DNA from: Escherichia coli
GTDB lineage: Bacteria; Pseudomonadota; Gammaproteobacteria; Enterobacterales; Enterobacteriaceae
Assembly: GCA_002099625.1 (NCBI GenBank)
Contig: GCA_002099625.1_4857.1
Strand: one strand, 5' to 3'
Length of the DNA: 64,000 nucleotides
Of the stretch, positions 1 to 9,318 are shown in pieces. Position 1 is the stretch's first letter. The number at the start of each line of letters is the position of its first letter. The notes below the pieces were generated by a model. That model did not search any database. It saw only the letters and a list, made by a program, of their open reading frames with translations, and had not been told where the DNA came from. The position numbers and the translations under genes are program-made.

Positions 1-9
1 CCCGCTGGA

Positions 10-3000
10 ATGTCGGCGTATCCTGGGGTGAATCTGGTTGCTATTCTGATTACCGGTACAGATGCAATGATCTGCTTAGGCAGTGACTATGCGTATTATC
101 TGGTCATCTTTGACGGCACCATTGACCATGCAAAACATCATCGCGTTGTTAAAGTTTACTTGGGCGATTACCGAAATGGTAACGCGGCCGGTGTGATTAC
201 AACCACACCATGGGTTGCCGATCCATCAACAAACGATTTGATCGTTTGCAACGATCGGGTTTATCTACTCCGCACTGTCCTTACCTCCGGTGACTATTTC
301 GTGAGTATGCGTAGCATCGCACTCAACGAACTTAATCTGGGTGGTAGCAACACGTTTGTGGCGGATGTGTTAACAGGTGGGATGTTAACGTCGGGAGATA
401 ATATCTACTTGCGTCAGGGTCAGAAACGTTCTGATACAGATGTGTTGGTAGCGCCAGTAACACAAATCTACGCAGATGCATCGGCGAAGTGGAATAGTGC
501 GCGAAATTTCGTCCATGGTCCGGAATGTAATCACGCGATTGCTGTGGATGGGCTGAACTTTCGTGTTGGTTTAACGCCAACAGTCTGGTTTGCTTCTACT
601 ACAGGGCAAACTATTAACTTTAAACAATGGGTGTCAAGCTTTGTTGTTGATTGCAGTTCAATGACGGTAACGCTGGAAGGTGCCGATCGATTCCCTATCG
701 TGGCCGATCTTACCACGGTCCGTTATAACGGCGGGGCTGAGATTGGGATTCCGAGCCGGAAGTGGGGCGAAGGTCAAGCTAATAACCGAACCTTTGCAAC
801 ATCGCAAGACAAGTATATTGTTTCGCAAGGACATGCAGGCGATCGCGACCTAATGCCTTATGTCACGATTACAACGTTAGATGACGGTGTGAGTTGGTAC
901 GAGTACCTGTCGTGTGACTACAACTTCACTGCCAGAAGTTTTAGTGCGGTAATGTTAAACCAAGGTCGTGGTTCTATCTACGAGCTGGGTATGGCGTATC
1001 CGCTGACTCTGGGAGCGAATTCCAGACTTATCTGGTTGTCACAACCGCGTTCCCGTTTGGCAATTGAAGTTGAGTTTGATCCGAACACCACTTACTCAGG
1101 TAAGGCGGGGTATGGCCCAACTAACAATCGTCGTGTAGTAGATTCTATCACGTATGAGAATCTGTCGCAGATGTGCCACATTGTTACACCGGCGTCGCCT
1201 GGTACAGAGTTAAACGGCTGGTATTGCACAGGACCAGAAACATTCCCTTACCACAACGTTTCCGGCACTTTCACGATTCATGCCGATCGATTGACGCTGT
1301 CACAAGCTGAATGGGATAAGATGAAGCAGATGATCATCGACGGAGCACCGGCAGGCGCTGCGAATGGTTATGCTTCGGAATTTATCCTTGCTGCAAATAA
1401 CGCAGGAAAGGCATTGTTTTCCGTTTGGTTCATCGGCATCGGAACGGCCACACCGCTCACATTAGCACAAGTAGCATGTACACGTACTGTGAACAATGTT
1501 AACTTGTTAGATATCTACTACTTTACACTGAAACCAACAATCAGCAACGGGCAGGTAACATTCCCCGCAGCGATATTGGCACTGTTTGACTTCTATAACA
1601 ACCTCGACTATGGCTTGAACTATGCTACGTTGGGAGAGATAACGGGAGGAAAAACACGCCGGCCGGGACAACCTACCATGGTGTCGGTAGATGGTACGCA
1701 GTTCGGGTTGTATCTTCCACACACGTTAACCTTGCGCCAGATTGGCGACTTGGGTGCGCTTAACTACGCTGCTGGTCTTACGCTGTCTAATGGTACCTGG
1801 ACGCGTTCTTCTGCACCACACGGCGTTGGACGTATGGCACCGTCACACACTCCAGTCAGCCCAGCTTATCTGGCTCATCGTGATCAGGTGATGCTACACA
1901 ACTCATCTCTCGACTACGTCTATTGTGGTGGTATCGCAATGTCGTCGAGTGATTTTGTTGCACGTCCGAGTTTCGGTGGGGCGACTGAGACTGTTGTTAT
2001 CGCCGGTGTGGAAACAGCCGAAGGTTGGCTGGTATATGTGACTGAGGAAGTTAACCTGCGTTTCGGCTCGAGCACTTATAAGCTGCCTACGTGGTATATT
2101 GACCTCAGCGCAGCGTTTCCAACAAACCATCAGAACCGGACATTCTACCTGCACGCTAAGGTAGAAAATGGTACACCGAAGTACGTAATGGACGTGGTTC
2201 AACATCCAGACACTGAAACGGAACTCTACATCGGGTATGTTAAAACGGGCTCGTCGCGAGTCGTCGAGACTAACGTCGACCATGCTAAGCGATTGGGGGC
2301 GGTAAAACAGCTGTTGGAACACGCGGCGGTTGAGAATAAGCATGATGTGGAAGTGGGAAGGGATGCAGCAACGGGCAGACTGGCACCATTGCGTAAAGAA
2401 GCGATGGGTCCTTTGTCAGTCGATGCTACGAAAGGCTATCTGGATAGTCAGTTGCTTTATACCGTATCTGACGCACAGCGTCGCGGTAAAGCGATGGTGT
2501 CCAAACGTTTCGAAGGCTTGAAAACTTTGCCGGCGTTTACTCAGGCAAACAAGTCGGGGGCGTTTTGGAAACATCCTACAACAATCGCGACGGTAACGGC
2601 CGACGAGAACAGTGAAGCGACATCGTTGGGTATGGAGTGGGTAGGTATTCCAACGCCCGCTTTCGCTCCGACTTCAACAAACTTGATGGTGGTGGTGCAA
2701 AGTAAATTCGTCGTCCCAGGTACACTGGGAGTAGAAACGACCTTTAATGTCCACGTTGCCCCATGGGAGGCGGTGGATGGCTTTTTCTACAACGTCGAGG
2801 CGGAAGGTACGGATGTTAACATTGACGAAAATCCAGAAGTGTTATTGCCGTCACCACATACCGTGCACCACAAACAGCACTCTCTGCCAGCAGGCGTGCC
2901 GTGCACCTTTACATTTGTCGCGGCGGTAAGTTCTTCAGCGCTCGAAACAGCTAACCAGCATATTTGCTCTTGGCTTTTCACGGACGCTGGGGGTCTACCA

Positions 3001-3276
3001 ATCACCACCGATCTTTCGGATAGTAAGATTCAAATCTTACCACAGTCGGGAGAGACCAACGGCACACCAGTTGTTCTGAACAGTCGTAGCTACACGTTTA
3101 CGAATGTGACAGGTGCAATCCCGGTTGTTACCACGGGCGCTCAGGGTTTATTCCCACCACCGATCGTGGCGTGGGATGGCGATGATCTTACGTTAACGAT
3201 TGCGCACGATTGGGTGAACGAGAGAGGACGTCAACAGCCTGATATTATCCAGGTCAATCTTATGTTCCGTACCTAA
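10..3276 (+). CDS. large virion structural protein (putative tail-fibre/baseplate-associated); possibly 5'-partial
   Basis: 1088-aa ORF from first in-window ATG; positions 1-9 are in-frame sense codons so the gene may start upstream of the window; no enzymatic motif recognised; immediately precedes a fibre-like gene. Confidence 0.6.
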   Translation: MSAYPGVNLVAILITGTDAMICLGSDYAYYLVIFDGTIDHAKHHRVVKVYLGDYRNGNAAGVITTTPWVADPSTNDLIVCNDRVYLLRTVLTSGDYFVSMRSIALNELNLGGSNTFVADVLTGGMLTSGDNIYLRQGQKRSDTDVLVAPVTQIYADASAKWNSARNFVHGPECNHAIAVDGLNFRVGLTPTVWFASTTGQTINFKQWVSSFVVDCSSMTVTLEGADRFPIVADLTTVRYNGGAEIGIPSRKWGEGQANNRTFATSQDKYIVSQGHAGDRDLMPYVTITTLDDGVSWYEYLSCDYNFTARSFSAVMLNQGRGSIYELGMAYPLTLGANSRLIWLSQPRSRLAIEVEFDPNTTYSGKAGYGPTNNRRVVDSITYENLSQMCHIVTPASPGTELNGWYCTGPETFPYHNVSGTFTIHADRLTLSQAEWDKMKQMIIDGAPAGAANGYASEFILAANNAGKALFSVWFIGIGTATPLTLAQVACTRTVNNVNLLDIYYFTLKPTISNGQVTFPAAILALFDFYNNLDYGLNYATLGEITGGKTRRPGQPTMVSVDGTQFGLYLPHTLTLRQIGDLGALNYAAGLTLSNGTWTRSSAPHGVGRMAPSHTPVSPAYLAHRDQVMLHNSSLDYVYCGGIAMSSSDFVARPSFGGATETVVIAGVETAEGWLVYVTEEVNLRFGSSTYKLPTWYIDLSAAFPTNHQNRTFYLHAKVENGTPKYVMDVVQHPDTETELYIGYVKTGSSRVVETNVDHAKRLGAVKQLLEHAAVENKHDVEVGRDAATGRLAPLRKEAMGPLSVDATKGYLDSQLLYTVSDAQRRGKAMVSKRFEGLKTLPAFTQANKSGAFWKHPTTIATVTADENSEATSLGMEWVGIPTPAFAPTSTNLMVVVQSKFVVPGTLGVETTFNVHVAPWEAVDGFFYNVEAEGTDVNIDENPEVLLPSPHTVHHKQHSLPAGVPCTFTFVAAVSSSALETANQHICSWLFTDAGGLPITTDLSDSKIQILPQSGETNGTPVVLNSRSYTFTNVTGAIPVVTTGAQGLFPPPIVAWDGDDLTLTIAHDWVNERGRQQPDIIQVNLMFRT

Positions 3277-3323
3277 CAGATAGCGCTATGGGGCAAGGAA
3301 GCCCCAATCAAAGGAGTTTGGCA

Positions 3324-4526
3324 ATGGCCGAAATCATTTATCAGTACCCGCTTGACCTTACCGGGACATTAACGTCGAACGCCGTTACGCGGCGTATTAC
3401 GTTAGGTTCTGGTAAAGTTAACCGGGCTTTTGCATTTCCTGACGGAGCTTTCTACGCGGATACCTTCCGCTTGGCGGCTGCGAATAAACCAGGTGTCTAC
3501 CCGTACAAACGCGGCACAGACTACGAACTGATTTTTGCACATACTGCATATCAGAAAATGACCAAGAACCGCGAAGTGGTCATGGGTGTGGTGGTAACTA
3601 ACTCGGCCATTCCTACTGATATCGAAGTCTCTGCGCAAGTCGTTGGTGGTTTTCAGTCCGCGAACGTCGAAGGTATCCGACAAGCGATTGCGTCGTTGAA
3701 AATTGAAGACCGTGTGGTGGACTTCAAGGATCTTCGAAACGTACCTGATACGTTCCCATCCGCCCCGACGTATAAAGACCTTGGCGATATCTACGGTTTT
3801 GAGTATATCATTACCGTACTCGCTGGGATTAAAGATGCGATTAACTCCGGCTCTGCAGTACAGCTGGAAGAAATCAAAGGTATTCTGGACGGTCTGAAAA
3901 ACGACTTCCTCGATGCCTTAAATGCCCACGTCAACGCCGAAGGTAACGTACACAATCTCGACATTCATCAGGTTAATGGCCTGACGGAGACGGAGATTCG
4001 TGCTCTGATTCAAAGTGTACAGACTGCCATTGACGCCACTATCAAAGATATCGGCGACTTAAGAGCAGCAGACACGGCGTTGGGACAACGCATCGATGCA
4101 GTTGTGGCTTCGTTAGCCGCGTGGAACGACCAGCTTAATGTAGTTGCTCAAAATTACCAGAAAATGTCGTTAGCATTAGCTAACCTTAATTCTCTGGTGT
4201 TGCAATTACAGAAGAAGGTTAACGATCTTCAGTCTGCGCTGAATGAAACAAATCAGCGTGTCACGGATCTTGAGAATCAGGGCAAAGACTTCCAACAGCA
4301 AATTGATAACCTGCAAGGACAAATCAACAGTCTTAAAACTCAGGTTGTAAACAACACCAACGCAATTTCGCAGGCAAACCAGAATCTGGCGAACCATGCG
4401 GCTGCGGATAACCCACACCCGAATTACCTCCATAAACAGTATGGCGGTGTTGTGCAGGCTGCTGTTCACGTCAACAACAACCTCACCTCGCGCGACGATG
4501 TTCAAGCTGAAGCGGGTACTAAGTAA
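3324..4526 (+). CDS. coiled-coil tail-fibre-like protein
   Basis: ORF 3288-4526 trimmed to ATG 3324, preceded by AAGGAG at 3311-3316; C-terminal half has heptad-like coiled coil (LQKKVNDLQSALNETNQRVTDLENQGKDFQQQIDNLQGQINSLKTQ). Confidence 0.6.
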   Translation: MAEIIYQYPLDLTGTLTSNAVTRRITLGSGKVNRAFAFPDGAFYADTFRLAAANKPGVYPYKRGTDYELIFAHTAYQKMTKNREVVMGVVVTNSAIPTDIEVSAQVVGGFQSANVEGIRQAIASLKIEDRVVDFKDLRNVPDTFPSAPTYKDLGDIYGFEYIITVLAGIKDAINSGSAVQLEEIKGILDGLKNDFLDALNAHVNAEGNVHNLDIHQVNGLTETEIRALIQSVQTAIDATIKDIGDLRAADTALGQRIDAVVASLAAWNDQLNVVAQNYQKMSLALANLNSLVLQLQKKVNDLQSALNETNQRVTDLENQGKDFQQQIDNLQGQINSLKTQVVNNTNAISQANQNLANHAAADNPHPNYLHKQYGGVVQAAVHVNNNLTSRDDVQAEAGTK

Positions 4527-4533
4527 CTTGTTT

Positions 4534-4580
4534 ACGAGCCGGACTATGTTTATGGACATAGTCCGCTCGTTCTACTTTTT
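4534..4580 (+). terminator. rho-independent terminator after fibre gene
   Basis: about 14-bp imperfect inverted repeat ACGAGCCGGACTATG / CATAGTCCGCTCGT followed by TCTACTTTTT, just before the RBS of the first Cys-rich peptide gene. Confidence 0.5.
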
Positions 4581-4591
4581 AAGGAAGCGTA

Positions 4592-4984
4592 ATGGCGATA
4601 TCTATTAAAGACGTCAGAAACCGCGTCCAGATAGTCGAAGCTAACATGGCGACAGGCCCCCGTATCGACGCGCAAGTGGCCTCTAAAGCCCATAATGCGG
4701 CAGACCGATTTGGGGGTTGGACGAAAGCACAGCTAGATTGCGGCGGGACATGTTCTTGGACGTGCTCTAACGGTTGCTCGCATGGCTGTTCGAGCTGTTC
4801 AGGAAGCTGTTCTGCTTCTTGTATCGGTAGCTGTTCTTCGACGTGTGGCGGTAACTGTTCTGGTTGCTCTGGTTGTTCTGGTGGTTGCAGTAGTAGCTGT
4901 ACCGGTAACTGTTCAGGTGGTTGCGGCGGCTCTTGTTCCGCAAACTGCTCCGGGGCCTGCTCCGGCGGCTGTTCAGGTCGCTAA
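4592..4984 (+). CDS. Cys/Ser/Gly-rich repeat peptide A (putative radical-SAM substrate / precursor-like protein)
   Basis: 130 aa; AAGGAAG RBS then ATG; N-terminal about 49-aa Cys-free leader-like region, then 81-aa core with 22 Cys at period about 4 (CSxx repeats); ends CSANCSGACSGGCSGR. Confidence 0.6.
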   Translation: MAISIKDVRNRVQIVEANMATGPRIDAQVASKAHNAADRFGGWTKAQLDCGGTCSWTCSNGCSHGCSSCSGSCSASCIGSCSSTCGGNCSGCSGCSGGCSSSCTGNCSGGCGGSCSANCSGACSGGCSGR

Positions 4985-4994
4985 GGGGGATTAA

Positions 4995-5399
4995 ATGGCA
5001 ATTGGATTAAAAGAACTGAATAACCGATTAAACACGATCGATGCAAACGCTTTAAAGAACACCACGAATGTGCAAAACTACATTCGCAATAAAGCTACGA
5101 ATAACGCCGACTTGTTCGCAGGTCAAGGCCGTTCGCACTATGACTGTGGCGGCACATGCTCTTTTAGTTGCTCGAGTTGTTCTGGCGGGTGTACTGGGTC
5201 CGCTACGGGTGGTTGTGGGTCGACTTGTTCCGCAAACTGTGTATCGGGCTGTAGCAGCAGCTGTACGGGCTGTAGCTCTTCGTGCTCGGGTGGTTGTAGC
5301 GGCACGTGCACAGGCAGCTGTTCTGGGGGTTGTGGTAAATCCTGCTCCGCAAACTGCTCAGGTGCGTGCTCTGGTGGTTGTTCAGGTCCTAACTCCTAA
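4995..5399 (+). CDS. Cys/Ser/Gly-rich repeat peptide B (paralogue of A)
   Basis: 134 aa; AGGGGGA RBS then ATG; leader-like N-terminus similar to A (M-A-I-x-(I/L)-K-(D/E)-(V/L)-(R/N)-N-R); core begins HYDCGGTCSFSCS and ends CSANCSGACSGGCSG as in A. Confidence 0.6.
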   Translation: MAIGLKELNNRLNTIDANALKNTTNVQNYIRNKATNNADLFAGQGRSHYDCGGTCSFSCSSCSGGCTGSATGGCGSTCSANCVSGCSSSCTGCSSSCSGGCSGTCTGSCSGGCGKSCSANCSGACSGGCSGPNS

Positions 5400-5414
5400 C
5401 TGACGGAGGCTTAT

Positions 5415-5621
5415 GTGATCAGTCTCAAGGCTATTCGAAACCGTCTCGTTACGGCAGAAGGTTACATTACAACCGCACAGGCAAACAACTATATCGCTAA
5501 CCAGGGCACCGTGTCAACCACGAACAACCTGGCTGGTTTACCGCTTTCCCACTATAACTGTAATGGTGGGTGTAGCTGGTCCTGCAGCGGAAGCTGTAGC
5601 CGTGGAGCGGGGAATCGATAA
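5415..5621 (+). CDS. short Cys-rich peptide C (truncated-core paralogue of A/B)
   Basis: 68 aa; GGAGG at 5405-5409, GTG start (an ATG at 5413 runs straight into TGA); leader similar to A/B (MISLKAIRNRL); core only CNGGCSWSCSGSCSRGAGNR. Confidence 0.45.
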   Translation: MISLKAIRNRLVTAEGYITTAQANNYIANQGTVSTTNNLAGLPLSHYNCNGGCSWSCSGSCSRGAGNR

Positions 5622-5643
5622 CAGAAAACGTTCGGAGTATTAA

Positions 5644-6531
5644 ATGAAAAACGATTTGCATCTTGCGTATAAAACCACATTCAACCACCCGCTGCATCTA
5701 TCTTCCCCAGACTCGGTGCGTGCACACCTCGCTGACAAAGTCAGACTGATTGCACAGATTCCTGGTGAGTGGCCAAAGGTTCGTGGTCGCTTCTTGACCG
5801 ACAAGAAGAACTACACCGTAGAAAATACGTTTAAGATCCGTGATATGGTTGCAGAGGCCATCGTTATCTTTAACGGCGATGGTAACTCTCGCGGCGTGTT
5901 AGTCGACGGTAAGTATTTCTTCAGTGAAGGGATTTTGAACAACAGCGTCGATTTAGAACTGATGTTTACACCGTTTGACGAACTTGAAGCAAAACCGATG
6001 GCGCGCCGTTGGTGGAGTCCGGACTATCTGGGCTCGTTCCCTTACTACTTTGTACTGGTACCTGCCGATACGGAAACGTATTTCGACACCGAACCATACA
6101 TCGATATCGAGGGGTATAAAGAACTCGGCATCACCCGTTTAGCGGACATGATGGCGTATAGCTATAAGTTCGTGTGGGATAAAAAGCGTTCTGTCTGGTA
6201 TGCGCTGACTGACGATTTTGAAATCACCAAGCGTATTCGTAAGCCGTGGATGCAACACCTGGTTCAAACTCGATATGGGGATTACCCGGCGACAGAAGCG
6301 GATTTGAGTAAGCTGGTAAGTTTCCTCTTAACGAAGGTGGATTTAACGAAAGAAGAAGCAGAAGCTGTTTCTGAGATTCGTGGTCGTTCGGTAACGTTGG
6401 CCGATTTGAAACGTCTGAACGAAAGACACGCCGACCTGAACAAAATTTTAGCTGCCTATCACGACCCGATGTTACTGGTGCCTGGCGCTAACGTAGACGA
6501 AGATCCTTTATTCGCCATTGATTATATTTAA
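5644..6531 (+). CDS. hypothetical protein (Cys-peptide/rSAM operon member)
   Basis: 295-aa ORF with ATG start and GGAG RBS; no motif recognised; sits between peptide genes and rSAM genes. Confidence 0.55.
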   Translation: MKNDLHLAYKTTFNHPLHLSSPDSVRAHLADKVRLIAQIPGEWPKVRGRFLTDKKNYTVENTFKIRDMVAEAIVIFNGDGNSRGVLVDGKYFFSEGILNNSVDLELMFTPFDELEAKPMARRWWSPDYLGSFPYYFVLVPADTETYFDTEPYIDIEGYKELGITRLADMMAYSYKFVWDKKRSVWYALTDDFEITKRIRKPWMQHLVQTRYGDYPATEADLSKLVSFLLTKVDLTKEEAEAVSEIRGRSVTLADLKRLNERHADLNKILAAYHDPMLLVPGANVDEDPLFAIDYI

Positions 6532-6553
6532 AAATATACTGGAGCAACCTGCA

Positions 6554-7468
6554 ATGACAGATCAAGTAGAATCCAGGATCTCGTCTGAACTGTACGACAA
6601 ACCGTCAATTCTGTCGGTTGTCGCAACTTCTAAGTGTAACTTAGACTGTAGCTTCTGTGGAGGGGCTTATTACATGGATAGAGAAGATACTTCTCGTGAG
6701 TTTCAACGTGAAGAGATTCTCTCGATTTTAGAGAAGAATCCGGATATCGGTGAGATTCATTGGACGGGCGGTGAGCCGCTGTTAGCGCAGCGTAAGATTG
6801 AAGACTTCGTGAACGAGTTGAAGGAGTCTCATCCGAACCTCCGTCATCACATGTACACCAACGGTTTAAAGATGCGTAAATCACATCTGCCGTTGCTGAA
6901 ACAGTTCGACCTTATCTTTGTGTCCATTGACGGCTACAAGAAGTCGGAACGTCCGTTTATGAACTTTGTAAACGGTGGTAATCACGAAGCGCTGGAAGTG
7001 CTGTACGAGCTGGACAATTATTACACCTGGGGTGTGATGACGCGTGACCAGTTAGGCGATAAACGCTGGTACGAAGATTTCATCGAGCTGCACCGAGCAA
7101 TCTATCATTACCGTCCAGGTGGTGTGTCGTTGTTGTTTGATGCGATGATGCCGAAACCGTTATCGCCAGACCACGTCATGAACTTCATGTACGGGTATTG
7201 GAAAATACTCGACAATATCGAACGCCTTAACATGCAGAACGACTCTGAATGTGGGCTTGCGATCAGTAAAATGTTCGATACCGAGTGCAACACGTGCAGT
7301 GAAGTGCTGTGGCTTAACGCCGACGGTACGCAGGAGCAAATTCAGAACGCCCCAGAGATATTGGAAGTCGGCTGTAATCGCCTGGCGCGTTCTATCGGCG
7401 TTGATGCGTATAACTACATCAACCGTGTAATTTCTGCTAAGCGTAAACGGGCGGCGAACAATGAGTAA
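6554..7468 (+). CDS. radical SAM enzyme (putative peptide/protein-modifying maturase)
   Basis: ORF 6518-7468 trimmed to ATG 6554 (GGAG upstream; 6518 appears to be TTG); CNLDCSFC = CxxxCxxC 4Fe-4S/SAM motif; WTGGEPLL SAM-binding glycine motif; four C-terminal Cys (partial auxiliary-cluster region). Confidence 0.75.
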   Translation: MTDQVESRISSELYDKPSILSVVATSKCNLDCSFCGGAYYMDREDTSREFQREEILSILEKNPDIGEIHWTGGEPLLAQRKIEDFVNELKESHPNLRHHMYTNGLKMRKSHLPLLKQFDLIFVSIDGYKKSERPFMNFVNGGNHEALEVLYELDNYYTWGVMTRDQLGDKRWYEDFIELHRAIYHYRPGGVSLLFDAMMPKPLSPDHVMNFMYGYWKILDNIERLNMQNDSECGLAISKMFDTECNTCSEVLWLNADGTQEQIQNAPEILEVGCNRLARSIGVDAYNYINRVISAKRKRAANNE

Positions 7469-8789
7469 TAGCGAACAGCAAATCCAGTACACACCACGCA
7501 CGTATCAGGTTGTGACTAACCTGTCATGTAACCTGGACTGCGAATACTGCTACGAGCGTAAATATCCGCGTAACAACAAAGTAGCAGACGTGATTGATTT
7601 TATCCACGCTTGTTTCGAGCGTGATAAAGATATCCCGAACGTTGAAGTCATCATCGATATCATCGGTGGTGAGCCGTTCATGCAGCCTAAACTTCTTTTG
7701 GCGGCCTTTGAAACCGCAGAGAAGTTATGCGCAGAACACAATCGCCCGTATATGTTCAGTATCTCCACGAACGGTACGCTTCTGGACCGTCCGCTGAACA
7801 AAGAAATTATCGAGCGCTGGAAAGACAAACTGTCTATTGGGGTCTCCATCGATGGTTTACCTGAAGTCCATGACAAATATCGTATCTTTACCACGACGCG
7901 TGAAGGGTCGTACGAAGCTGCGGTACGCGGTTACAATTATCTGAAGAGTGTTGGCATCGCTGAACTGGGCGTAAAAGCGACGTTTACGATCGATACATTG
8001 CCGCACTATGCCGCCAGCATGAAATCGTTAATTGACATGTCCGGCGGTGGTACCATTTCTGGTAATGTAACGTACGAAGATATCCTGCCGCGCCATATGG
8101 CGTTGGATATCGCGAACCAGATGATGGACGTGATGGACTACTGGATTGAGAAGGGTCTGCACACCAACCCGCGTAACACGATTACACACATCATCCCGGA
8201 TGGCCTGAACTTTATGGCAACTTGGGACCCGGATTGGCGTGACAAACTCTTGCACGACGACTCTGTTCGTCTCGACCCAGAACGCCTGAAACCGTACTGC
8301 GGTACGTTGACGCACATGACCTGTCTCGGCTTTGATCGCAAGATTTACGGTTGTAACCGTTTCATGTCCACGGTAACTTCCCGCTCTGCTGTAGCGGAAC
8401 TGGTCGGTCGTGAGTTTGTGAGTCTGGACGGTGGTAAGCTGTTAGAAGAGATTCAAACGCAGTACACCAACTACCCAGAAACCTGTTTAGGGTGTCCGAT
8501 GAAGCACAGCTGCGGTAGCTGCGCAGCAGCATCGTACGAAAACGGTGAAGGTACACTGGAAGACCGTAAAGCGTATCACGCCGAGCGTCGTCAGTGTGGT
8601 TGGACTACTGCGAAGCTGATGGCGGCGGAATATTGGTATCAAAAAACTGGTACGACTCGCGCATCAGATTTGCACGATAAATCCATGTGCTATTGTTCAC
8701 GTTGTGTACGCCAACGTGCCGAAGCAGAAAAATTACAAAACGGAGCCCAGAATGAAGTCAATACTGATTCACAATTTTACGAAGCGTAA
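7461..8789 (+). CDS. radical SAM enzyme with SPASM-like C-terminal Cys cluster
   Basis: 442 aa; ATG overlaps the stop of the upstream rSAM gene by 8 nt (translational coupling); CNLDCEYC motif; IGGEPF motif; C-terminal PYCG..MTCLG..GCNRF..ETCLGCPMKHSCGSC seven-Cys pattern typical of SPASM auxiliary clusters. Confidence 0.8.
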   Translation: MSNSEQQIQYTPRTYQVVTNLSCNLDCEYCYERKYPRNNKVADVIDFIHACFERDKDIPNVEVIIDIIGGEPFMQPKLLLAAFETAEKLCAEHNRPYMFSISTNGTLLDRPLNKEIIERWKDKLSIGVSIDGLPEVHDKYRIFTTTREGSYEAAVRGYNYLKSVGIAELGVKATFTIDTLPHYAASMKSLIDMSGGGTISGNVTYEDILPRHMALDIANQMMDVMDYWIEKGLHTNPRNTITHIIPDGLNFMATWDPDWRDKLLHDDSVRLDPERLKPYCGTLTHMTCLGFDRKIYGCNRFMSTVTSRSAVAELVGREFVSLDGGKLLEEIQTQYTNYPETCLGCPMKHSCGSCAAASYENGEGTLEDRKAYHAERRQCGWTTAKLMAAEYWYQKTGTTRASDLHDKSMCYCSRCVRQRAEAEKLQNGAQNEVNTDSQFYEA

Positions 8790-9318
8790 ACTGCACTTGG
8801 TCGATCGCTTCCTGCGCAAAAGCAAGCTGTACAATGTGCACGCAATTGTGGCAGGGGAAGACTTCACTGATGAAATCCAAAGCCTGTTGATTAAATACGG
8901 GCTGAATGTGATGATCCCGGTCTACTGCGTTGAGAAAGGACACGAGTCTGTCGCGGAAATCGAAAAGCGCAACCCTGGCTTTGAGAAGCGACTGCTTGCA
9001 TACCCACGCCACAAAATCGAACTGCTACGTCACTCTATTGATGAAGCCAGTCCTGAAAGTTTAGTGGCATTGGGCTTGTCATTCCCGCGGATGCGTATTC
9101 GTAACTTACGCTCCAATAACCCGGTTGACGCTTATTACACAGAACGTCAAATCTTCGAAGAACACCTGCTCCCGCAGTTGGAAGAAGAAGAGCAACACAA
9201 CATTTCTCTGTTGTGGGCCGGTAACCTCGATCAGGACTTCCAGATGCTGGACTTCGGTTTGTTGTTAGAACTTGGCCTGATTGAGGAGGACGAATGTCTG
9301 TTACTGACAAAAGCTTAA
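8752..9318 (+). CDS. hypothetical protein (operon member)
   Basis: ORF 8704-9318 (apparently GTG start) trimmed to ATG 8752 with GGAG at 8742-8745; overlaps end of rSAM gene; no motif recognised. Confidence 0.45.
   Translation: MKSILIHNFTKRKLHLVDRFLRKSKLYNVHAIVAGEDFTDEIQSLLIKYGLNVMIPVYCVEKGHESVAEIEKRNPGFEKRLLAYPRHKIELLRHSIDEASPESLVALGLSFPRMRIRNLRSNNPVDAYYTERQIFEEHLLPQLEEEEQHNISLLWAGNLDQDFQMLDFGLLLELGLIEEDECLLLTKA

Noticed and set aside
4740-5390. Short-period nucleotide repeats that could superficially suggest a CRISPR array or tandem repeat
   Set aside because: Repeat units are 9-12 nt codon repeats inside coding sequence, not 25-40 nt direct repeats separated by unique spacers; no cas genes nearby.
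4782-5403. Alternate-frame ORFs 4782-4994 (70 aa) and 5068-5403 (111 aa), Ala/Val/Leu-rich, overlapping the Cys-rich peptide genes
   Set aside because: They are the +1/+2 frame readout of the repetitive TGC/TCT/GGT codon run, lack RBS and sensible starts; the in-frame Cys-rich ORFs with strong RBSs are the better explanation.
6554-8789. The two radical-SAM genes as queuosine-pathway QueE or anaerobic RNR activase NrdG
   Set aside because: Both are much larger than QueE/NrdG, one has a SPASM-like C-terminal Cys cluster, and they sit beside Cys-rich peptide genes rather than nucleotide-metabolism genes; a profile search is still needed to exclude this formally.
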